DNA of 39,429 nucleotides from Acidobacteriota bacterium (GTDB taxonomy: Bacteria; Acidobacteriota; Blastocatellia; Pyrinomonadales; Pyrinomonadaceae): the NCBI GenBank assembly GCA_040006215.1, contig JBDTXM010000001.1, positions 1 through 39,429 of the forward strand, in the 5' to 3' direction. Shown in pieces: positions 8,460 to 15,537 of the stretch. A program made the position numbers and the translations under genes. The notes under the pieces were generated by a model, which was not told the origin of the DNA, did no database searches, and saw nothing but the letters and a program-made list of their open reading frames with translations. Numbering within the stretch: the first letter of the stretch is position 1; each line of letters begins with the position of its first letter.

Positions 8460-11400
8460 ATGGAGCTGACCGCACAACAATCGAGAGCAGCGCATGCTCA
8501 GACGAGCGTCGTCGTTACGGCCGGTGCAGGCACGGGGAAAACGGCCATGCTCGCCGAGCGTTTTCTGCATCACGTCGAAGTCGACGATTTAAGGCCCATC
8601 GAGATCGTCGCCGTCACTTTTACCGAAAAGGCAGCCGCCGAACTGCGTCAGCGGATCCGCAAGACTCTGACCGCCCGGATCGACGATGAAGAAAAGATCG
8701 CCGAGGTTGACGCCGCCCAGATCAGCACTATCCACGCGCTCGCCGCACGCATCTGCCGCGATTTCTTTTACCTAGTCGGTATTTCACCCGATTTTAAGAT
8801 CCTGCTCGAAACCGAATCGGCCATCTGGCTTGCCGATAAATTTGACGCGGCTATGGGCGAGGTCGACGAGTCGCTCATTCGTGAGCTCGGCTACCAGTGG
8901 CTCAAGGATATGATCGGCCAGCTGCTTCTCGATCCGCATTCGGCGAGTCTCGCTTTTCGTCGCGACGCCGAGAGCTGGAAAAGGACGATCGACGAAGAAC
9001 GGTCAAAAGCCCTTGAATTGCTCATAAATTCCGACGCATGGCGAGATGCCACCGCCATGTGCTCCGACCTCTCAGGCGCCGAGGGCGACAAACTCGAGTC
9101 AGCCCGACGCAATGCGTTGCTCGCGATGGCAAACATCGAAGCAGGCCGAAACATTCCCGAAGCCTTAACAACGCTTCGTAAGCTGCCCGCTCATCTGGGG
9201 CAGCAAGGCAACTGGCCAGCAGGCTGCATCGCTCAGATGCGATCTGCTCTAAAAGCGTTGAAGGTCGCGGCGGACGAGAACGGCCCGGCTGGAAATGCCG
9301 GACTTTTCTTCGGGCCTGAGGATATGCGGGCGGCGGAAAAAGTGAAGCTGCTCGAGATCGCCTTTAGTTCCGTTCAGAAATATCTTCGCGATCAAAAGAC
9401 GAAAGACAAGGTCCTGGATTTTATCGATCTCGAGCTTTTTGCACGCGAGGTGCTCGAGCACGCACAGGCACGGCGGCACTACGAGCTCCGCTGGCGGGCG
9501 TATTTGATCGACGAGTTTCAGGACACAAATCCGCTCCAGGCCGAGATCATCAACCTGCTTCGGGGTGACGCAAAGCTGACCGCCGTGGGAGACGAAAAAC
9601 AATCGATCTACGGTTTTCGCCGCGCTGATATTGCGGTTTTTCGCGACGTGCGCGAATCGATCATTGCGTCGGGCGGCGATTTCGTCGAACTGAAAGAAAC
9701 GTTTCGCGCACACGAGTCGCTCGTCGTCTCGATGAACGAAACTTTCGCTCCGGTTTTGGGCGAACTTCACGGCCCGCTCGACGCAGATAGAAAAGAAGCT
9801 CCCAATCGCGAGATCCCATTGTCGCTGGCGCGTGTTTCGGCCGAGGACAAGATCACACCTGAGGCCGCACGCGTTGTCGAATCGAAATATGTCGCCGGCG
9901 AGATCAAACGCCTGCTGGATGAGAAGGTAACGATTTTCGACAAACAGTCGAACCATCTCCGCGAGATCGAGCCACGTGACATAGCTATTCTCTCGCGCAC
10001 CTGGGCGGCGATCGACATTTATATCGACGCGCTGTCAGCCGCCGGTATCCCGGCCGTAAACGCCGGCGGCGGGAGCCTGCTCGACACTCGCGAAGCGAAA
10101 GATGCCTTCGCGATGCTAAGTTTTCTTGCGGATACGTCCGACGATATTTCACTTCTAGCGGTTCTTCGAAGTCCGTTCTTTGCGATCGACGATCGAACAC
10201 TTTTCTACACGGTCAAGGCCAAGCAAAAAGATCAAACTTGGTGGAATCTTTTGCGTTCCGCGGATGGTGAACTTCGTCGAGCTTATGCCCTGCTTTCCGA
10301 TCTTCTAATTTGGAAAAACAAGCTCTCGCCTGAGCAACTCCTTCGAAAATCCGACGAGCTCACCGGCTACACGTCGGTGATAGCGAACCTTCCACAGGGC
10401 GATCGCCGCGAAGCTGACTGGATCGGATTTATCTCACTTCTTCGTAGTCTTGCGGCAAACGGCCGCGGGGATTTGTTTGGTGCGGTTCGACAAATCAAAG
10501 CATTGAGCGGCGTTAAGCAAAGCATCCCGCGGCCACCGCTAGATGCGGGCGATGCCGTTTCACTGATGACGATCCACAATGCGAAAGGCCTCGAGTGGCC
10601 GATCGTGATCGTTCCCGACCTGGCCGTGCAGACCGGCGGCTGGGGCGACCGCCTGCTGGTGGACAGCGATATCGGAATTGCATTCGAGGTCGAGGACGAA
10701 GGTTACAACAGGTCCAAGCCGGCCATTTATGAACTGATAAAGAAAAAACTACGAGCGGCCGAGCGTGAAGAAGAAAAACGCCTGCTTTACGTTGCCGTAA
10801 CGCGGGCCCGCGATCAGGTAATTCTGACGACCGGCCCCGAAGTTAAAAAAAATACACTGATCGAATTGCTGATGCCCGGCATCGAACGCGCCAATATTCC
10901 AGTCTCTCCGATCCCGTTCTCAAATGAACTTGCTATTCCCGCAGCCCCGCTCGATCCGCGGCCATTCGAAGAACCCAATTTCATTGAAACACGAGGTGTG
11001 GGACACGGACTTCGCACCATTCCGATCTCCGGCCTGACAGACTATGCCGTATGTCCAAGGAAATTCTGTTACAAATACGTAGACGGACATCCCGGCCTCG
11101 GCGAAGGCCAGGCACGAGCCCGCACGATAGGAACCCTGACGCACAGGGCGCTCGAACTCGATATAGATGACTGTGCTGCACTGGATCGACTAGCGGATAA
11201 CGCTTCCCTAGAAGAGGTGAATGAGGCGCTCGAACTTGCCCGGGTGTTTCGTTCGAATCAAATCTTCTCCGCCTTCAACGGCGCACGGGGTCAGAAAGAG
11301 GTTCGCGTTTTGCTTGAGCACAACAATTCAGAACTCATCGGCGTTGCCGATCTCGTTGGCCCTGATTTTGTATTGGATTTTAAGACCGATGCCGAAATTG

Positions 11401-11678
11401 AACCTGACATGCATCGCTTCCAGCTGTGGGCGTATGCGAGGGGTTTGGATAAGCCAAGAGCGATCATCGCATACTTGCGAAAACCATTCCTCCACGAATT
11501 TGCGAGAAGCGAGATCGCGCGAACCGAGGATGAGGCGCATCAAATCATAACTAAGATCGCCGCCGGTGATTTTGCTGCTACTCCGGCGGTCGAAAAATGT
11601 TCCAGATGCGTTTACGCGACCATTTGCGACGAAGCTGTTACCGCCAACCCCGGCTCGCAGCTAAGCCTTTTCGCCTAA
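8460..11678 (+). CDS. addA: AddA-like UvrD/Rep-type helicase fused to a C-terminal PD-(D/E)XK nuclease
   Basis: 1072 aa. It has Walker A (AGAGTGKT), helicase motif II (LIDEFQDTN), and TIHNAKGLEW and YVAVTRAR (motifs V/VI). The C-terminal nuclease shows VCPRKFCYKY, ADLVG, VLDFKTD and QLWAY, followed by CSRCVYATIC. Confidence 0.88.
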   Translation: MELTAQQSRAAHAQTSVVVTAGAGTGKTAMLAERFLHHVEVDDLRPIEIVAVTFTEKAAAELRQRIRKTLTARIDDEEKIAEVDAAQISTIHALAARICRDFFYLVGISPDFKILLETESAIWLADKFDAAMGEVDESLIRELGYQWLKDMIGQLLLDPHSASLAFRRDAESWKRTIDEERSKALELLINSDAWRDATAMCSDLSGAEGDKLESARRNALLAMANIEAGRNIPEALTTLRKLPAHLGQQGNWPAGCIAQMRSALKALKVAADENGPAGNAGLFFGPEDMRAAEKVKLLEIAFSSVQKYLRDQKTKDKVLDFIDLELFAREVLEHAQARRHYELRWRAYLIDEFQDTNPLQAEIINLLRGDAKLTAVGDEKQSIYGFRRADIAVFRDVRESIIASGGDFVELKETFRAHESLVVSMNETFAPVLGELHGPLDADRKEAPNREIPLSLARVSAEDKITPEAARVVESKYVAGEIKRLLDEKVTIFDKQSNHLREIEPRDIAILSRTWAAIDIYIDALSAAGIPAVNAGGGSLLDTREAKDAFAMLSFLADTSDDISLLAVLRSPFFAIDDRTLFYTVKAKQKDQTWWNLLRSADGELRRAYALLSDLLIWKNKLSPEQLLRKSDELTGYTSVIANLPQGDRREADWIGFISLLRSLAANGRGDLFGAVRQIKALSGVKQSIPRPPLDAGDAVSLMTIHNAKGLEWPIVIVPDLAVQTGGWGDRLLVDSDIGIAFEVEDEGYNRSKPAIYELIKKKLRAAEREEEKRLLYVAVTRARDQVILTTGPEVKKNTLIELLMPGIERANIPVSPIPFSNELAIPAAPLDPRPFEEPNFIETRGVGHGLRTIPISGLTDYAVCPRKFCYKYVDGHPGLGEGQARARTIGTLTHRALELDIDDCAALDRLADNASLEEVNEALELARVFRSNQIFSAFNGARGQKEVRVLLEHNNSELIGVADLVGPDFVLDFKTDAEIEPDMHRFQLWAYARGLDKPRAIIAYLRKPFLHEFARSEIARTEDEAHQIITKIAAGDFAATPAVEKCSRCVYATICDEAVTANPGSQLSLFA

Positions 11679-11686
11679 TAACATCG

Positions 11687-14215
11687 TCATTTTTCCAATC
11701 CTATCTTTGTCAATAGTTCGTAATAGCGCGGATCGCTTCTGAGGTCAGCCAGCAGCGGATCAGCCTTTAGGTAAAGCAGGTTTCCGTCGTGCGTTGCCAG
11801 AGCCTTTTGCAGGCTTGCGAAGGCATTGTCGTAATCGCCTAACCCTGTATAGGTCAGTGCAAAGTCAAAATTCGACACATACCGCTTTTTGCTCATTTTC
11901 TGGAGTTCCGACAGCGCTTGTGTTGCATTTGCCTTACGGCCCATCTTCGAATAGATGCGCGACCGAAGCATTAGGATTCGCGGATCTTCGCTCAGCCCCG
12001 ATGCCTGCTGCAGTTCGTCGAGGGCTTTTTGGTTATCGCCCTTTAATAGGTATGTACGAGCAAGATAGACATGTGCGTAATAGAAATTGTGATCGAGCTC
12101 AAGAGTCTTATTAAATTGATCGATCGCCTCATCCAAACGCATTGCGTAGCAATAGCTTGTCCCGAGGTCGGCGTTAATTATCAGCGAGAGCGGGTCGAGC
12201 TCCCGGGCTCGCTTCATCGCCTCGATCGAATCATCGAACCGGCCGTAAGCCAGGAGATTGGCATTTCCGTACCAGTGGTACGCCGTAGCGTAATTAGGGT
12301 CTATCGCGATCGCTCTACTAAAGTGCTTTTCAGATTCGGCAAAATCCCAGTCGAAATTAAAGAGCGCGAACGAAAGTGCCGTATGAGCTTCGGCCAGCGA
12401 ATCGTCCAACGCGAGCGCTTTCTCTGCAGCCTCCTTCGCTTTTGGAAATGCTATTTCGGGTGGCAGTGCTCCCTCGTAACTCGGAAGCAGCACGTAGGAA
12501 TCCGCCATCCCGGCGTACGCAAGGGCAAACTTTGGATCGAGATCGATCGCCTTTTGAAACTGGACGATCGAATTTTCAATGTCCGTTCCTGTGCGCTTGT
12601 TCCAGTAGAATTTGCCCAAAAGGTAATCGTTGTATGCCTGCGGATTGTTGGTGTAATTTTTGACGAGCTTTTGTCGGTCTGGCGCCGACAATGACCCGCG
12701 CAGTTTTGCGGTTACGTCAACTGCGATATCGTTTTGCAGCCTGACGACATCGGAAGACGGTCGGTCGTATCTCTCGTTCCAGATCTTGTCGCCCGTCGAC
12801 GTATCAACAAGGCTGAGATCGATTGTCAGGTTCTTATCCTTTTCGACGATGTCACCGATAAGCACAGCCTGCACCCCGAGCTCGCTGCCTACCTGCCTCG
12901 CATCGATCGCCACATCTTTATACCGAAAGACAGAACTTCGCGCCTTGACCTCGAGATTTTGGATCTGCGACATCCGGTTGATCAGAGATTCAACAATCCC
13001 GTCGGACACATATTCTTTGTTCGGCGCTATGCCGGCATGTCGGAACGGCAATACGGCCACCGACCCGATCGGCTTTGACATTGCAGGCGAGGCGACACTT
13101 GCCTGGTCTCTTCGGCCGATCAAAAATGCGAGGACTAAAACAACAACTAATCCGCCCAACGCCCACGGCCAATAATCTTGACTCGTTCGAGCCGGAGGCG
13201 ACTCTACTTCGACCAGATCGTCTAGTAATTTCTTGACCGACGAGTAACGGTCGTTTCGATCGTTTTGCAGACACTTCGTAACAATGCTCTCGATATTCGA
13301 ATTAGCAGACATCGCTTCTGGTGCCCGATCAAGGATAGCGTCGAGAATTTCGGACGTATCTGTGCCCGTAAACGGACGCGAACCCGCGATCATTTCGTAC
13401 AACACGACACCGAGGCTCCAGATATCCGTCCTCTCGTCCAGTTTTTCGCCGCGGATCTGTTCGGGCGACATATAGGAAACGGTACCCGCCGTGCTGAATG
13501 GATTCGACGACGCGTCCCCGTCCGATCGTTGCGCCAGCCCAAAATCCAGGACCTTGGCAAGGCCGTCGTCCGTCACGATGATGTTCTCGGGCTTGATGTC
13601 CCGATGAATGATCCCTTTTGCATGCGCGGCGATCAACGCCTGACAAACTTGCCGAACAATACGAAGCGACGAATTTATGTCCGTTTTCTTCTCTTTTATT
13701 AGCGACCTAAGAGTTGGTCCCTCGACATACTCCATCGCAAGGAAATGCCGGCCGCCTGATTCGCTAAATTCGTAGATGTGGGCGATGTTTGGATGAGCGA
13801 TACCTGAGGCTGCGCGGGCTTCTCCGTGAAATTGTTCGATCGCCTTGGAACCCGCAGTCGTAATCAACGGAAGGACCTTTAATGCGGCGAGACGGTCGAG
13901 CCGAATGTCCTCTGCTAAATATACTGACCCCATGCCGCCGCTGCCCAGCAGCGACTGCACCCTATACGACCCGAGCTGTACACCGATGTCCAATTCATCC
14001 TGCTCGACTATTACGGAAGCTCCAAGCTCAAAGAGACTGCTTTCGAGCAGCTCGAGCGAGTTCTCCTCATCTTCGTGGAGCAAGGAAAGCACTTGGCCCG
14101 ACAATTCCGCATCTCCAAGGGATTCGACCGAGACAAACTCAACGCGTTCGTCGTGCGGGAGTGGAAGGGCTCCGTAAAAGATGTCTTGAATTCTTTGCCA
14201 ATTTTCAGGTTCCAT
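11687..14215 (-). CDS. Membrane Ser/Thr protein kinase with an extracytoplasmic TolB-N-like and TPR-repeat domain
   Basis: 842 aa. Hanks kinase motifs are present: LGSGGMGSVY, AALKVL, HRDIKPENI, DFGLA and YMSPEQ. There is one TM helix (WALGGLVVVLVLAFLIG). It is followed by the VAVLPF...GIVESLI module and multiple TPR-like repeats. Confidence 0.9.
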   Translation of the reverse strand: MEPENWQRIQDIFYGALPLPHDERVEFVSVESLGDAELSGQVLSLLHEDEENSLELLESSLFELGASVIVEQDELDIGVQLGSYRVQSLLGSGGMGSVYLAEDIRLDRLAALKVLPLITTAGSKAIEQFHGEARAASGIAHPNIAHIYEFSESGGRHFLAMEYVEGPTLRSLIKEKKTDINSSLRIVRQVCQALIAAHAKGIIHRDIKPENIIVTDDGLAKVLDFGLAQRSDGDASSNPFSTAGTVSYMSPEQIRGEKLDERTDIWSLGVVLYEMIAGSRPFTGTDTSEILDAILDRAPEAMSANSNIESIVTKCLQNDRNDRYSSVKKLLDDLVEVESPPARTSQDYWPWALGGLVVVLVLAFLIGRRDQASVASPAMSKPIGSVAVLPFRHAGIAPNKEYVSDGIVESLINRMSQIQNLEVKARSSVFRYKDVAIDARQVGSELGVQAVLIGDIVEKDKNLTIDLSLVDTSTGDKIWNERYDRPSSDVVRLQNDIAVDVTAKLRGSLSAPDRQKLVKNYTNNPQAYNDYLLGKFYWNKRTGTDIENSIVQFQKAIDLDPKFALAYAGMADSYVLLPSYEGALPPEIAFPKAKEAAEKALALDDSLAEAHTALSFALFNFDWDFAESEKHFSRAIAIDPNYATAYHWYGNANLLAYGRFDDSIEAMKRARELDPLSLIINADLGTSYCYAMRLDEAIDQFNKTLELDHNFYYAHVYLARTYLLKGDNQKALDELQQASGLSEDPRILMLRSRIYSKMGRKANATQALSELQKMSKKRYVSNFDFALTYTGLGDYDNAFASLQKALATHDGNLLYLKADPLLADLRSDPRYYELLTKIGLEK

Positions 14216-14297
14216 TTTCGACAGTTTCCCCCTAATCTAATGCCCTAAATGCTGTCAATATTGATAACTTATCGTTGTCTTTTTCCCTAAAACACGC

Positions 14298-14867
14298 TTA
14301 TAGATTCTGCTTTATCTCGCTTGCCAGCCACGCCTTGGCCAGTCGCCAATAGAGATTGACGGTCGGGGTCGCAAGGCCTGTAACATTTGCTATCTCAGCC
14401 GCGGTGAGTCCGCCAAAGCACTTAAGCTCAACGATACGACTCTTTACCGGGTCAATTTGGGAAAAGCGCGTCAGGGCTCCGTCAAGCGCTAGTAGCTCCT
14501 CCGATCTTTGGTCGGACATTATTGCTACCTCATCAACATTCAGGATCTGTACTCCGGGTCCCCCGCGTTTTTGAGCGACGCGGTCCCGCGCGTAATTGAT
14601 CAGAATGCGCCGCATTATGTTGGCCGCGATGCCGAAAAAATGCGCTCTGCTCTTCCATTCCGGGTTTGCTCCGTTTAACAGTTTTATATATGCCTCGTGG
14701 ACTAACGCGGTGGTCTGCAGTGTATGGTTAGGCGATTCTCGGCGCATGTAGGAATGGGCGATTCGGCGCAGTTCGCCCTCGACCAGCGGAAGAAGTTGGT
14801 CGAGCGATCCAGGATCGCCATCTTTCCACGCCGCCAATAGCGACGTAATTTCAGGAGTTTCAGCCAT
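14298..14867 (-). CDS. ECF-type sigma-70 family RNA polymerase sigma factor (kinase-associated subgroup)
   Basis: The N-terminus ITSLLAAWKDGDPGSLDQLLPLVEGELRRIA and region 2 HTLQTTALVHEAYIKL resemble what I recall of the TIGR02999-type ECF family. The region 4 HTH is LTAAEIANVTGLATPTVNLYWRLAKAWL. I chose the ATG at 14865..14867; the track ORF extends to 14918. Confidence 0.85.
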   Translation of the reverse strand: MAETPEITSLLAAWKDGDPGSLDQLLPLVEGELRRIAHSYMRRESPNHTLQTTALVHEAYIKLLNGANPEWKSRAHFFGIAANIMRRILINYARDRVAQKRGGPGVQILNVDEVAIMSDQRSEELLALDGALTRFSQIDPVKSRIVELKCFGGLTAAEIANVTGLATPTVNLYWRLAKAWLASEIKQNL

Positions 14868-15210
14868 ACAAAATTCGTTTTGCAGAGGGAAGGTCAGCCG
14901 AACGATAGAGTCTGGCAATTTTTATCGTATTTGTCGAAAGATTTATTTAACACTTTTGTATTTTTTTCGTGCATTACTATATGACAACCCGCAAAAAAGG
15001 TTGTAGCTGTTTGAGATCGTATTCTCTTGGAAAGCTGATTCACCCCCGGCTGACCAAAAATATTCGGGGCGGCATTTCACTTTTAGGTCGTTTCGAAAAA
15101 ATTCCGGTGGGTATTCCTCACGTACTCACCGGATTGAACTCTTGTTTTCTTCAGGATTTGAATTTCAAGTTCCACGCTCAAGAGGATCGACGCAGGGCAG
15201 TTACTCATAA

Positions 15211-15237
15211 GGGCACCGATCGGGTGCCCTTTTTTTT
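15211..15237 (+). terminator. Rho-independent terminator with no annotated gene upstream on its strand
   Basis: GGGCACC (15211-15217), loop GATCG, GGTGCCC (15223-15229), then T8 (15230-15237). It is strand-specific, because the minus-strand version lacks a downstream U-tract. Confidence 0.7.
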
Positions 15238-15250
15238 GCGCCTAACACCA

Positions 15251-15268
15251 AGAGTAATTGGTAAAACC
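15251..15268. promoter_or_regulatory. Operator-like element AGAGTAATTGGTAAAACC (copy 1)
   Basis: It contains an AATTGGT-AAA-ACC half-palindrome. It matches the reverse complement of 15404..15421 at 15 of 18 positions, and the three mismatches are the central spacer. Confidence 0.45.
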
Positions 15269-15400
15269 TGTGCGTCGTTCTGGCCACTCATTCTTCTCGC
15301 GTGGAAACGACTATGACACATGATTATTTATCCATTTTTCCGTTCTTATTAGATAATTCAATGATATTTTTGTGTTCCGCCCTGAATGATGCTTGCAAAG

Positions 15401-15421
15401 ATTGGTAAAACCAATTACTCT
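15401..15421. promoter_or_regulatory. Operator-like palindrome ATTGGT-AAA-ACCAAT with the flank TACTCT (copy 2)
   Basis: A perfect 6+3+6 inverted repeat at 15401..15415, lying 123-137 nt upstream of the CE8-PL10 start codon. It has the same core as the 28424..28442 palindrome. Confidence 0.5.
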
Positions 15422-15537
15422 GGTCACGATATCTTTGATCTAAAACTGATACTTGAATTGCTCCTCTACTTTGCTTGTTTCGTATGTAGGCGATCTAGCG
15501 TGTTGTCGGATTTGTTACGTAATTTCGATCTAAGGGA

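Noticed and set aside
5823-11678. The nuclease plus UvrD-helicase gene pair as a possible phage-defence system (a helicase-nuclease pair such as Gabija).
   Set aside because: Sizes, order, the RecB-type nuclease at both C-termini, the AddB-type Cys pattern and the zero-nt junction all match AddAB/AdnAB-type recombination enzymes. No ATPase/TOPRIM or other defence-specific partner is adjacent, and the flanks are housekeeping genes.
14969-15316. 115-aa plus-strand ORF in the large intergenic gap.
   Set aside because: It reads straight through the GGGCACC/GGTGCCC-T8 terminator and into the operator-like repeat. It has an implausible Arg/Leu/Cys-rich composition and no SD. I treated the region as non-coding (a possible sRNA) instead.
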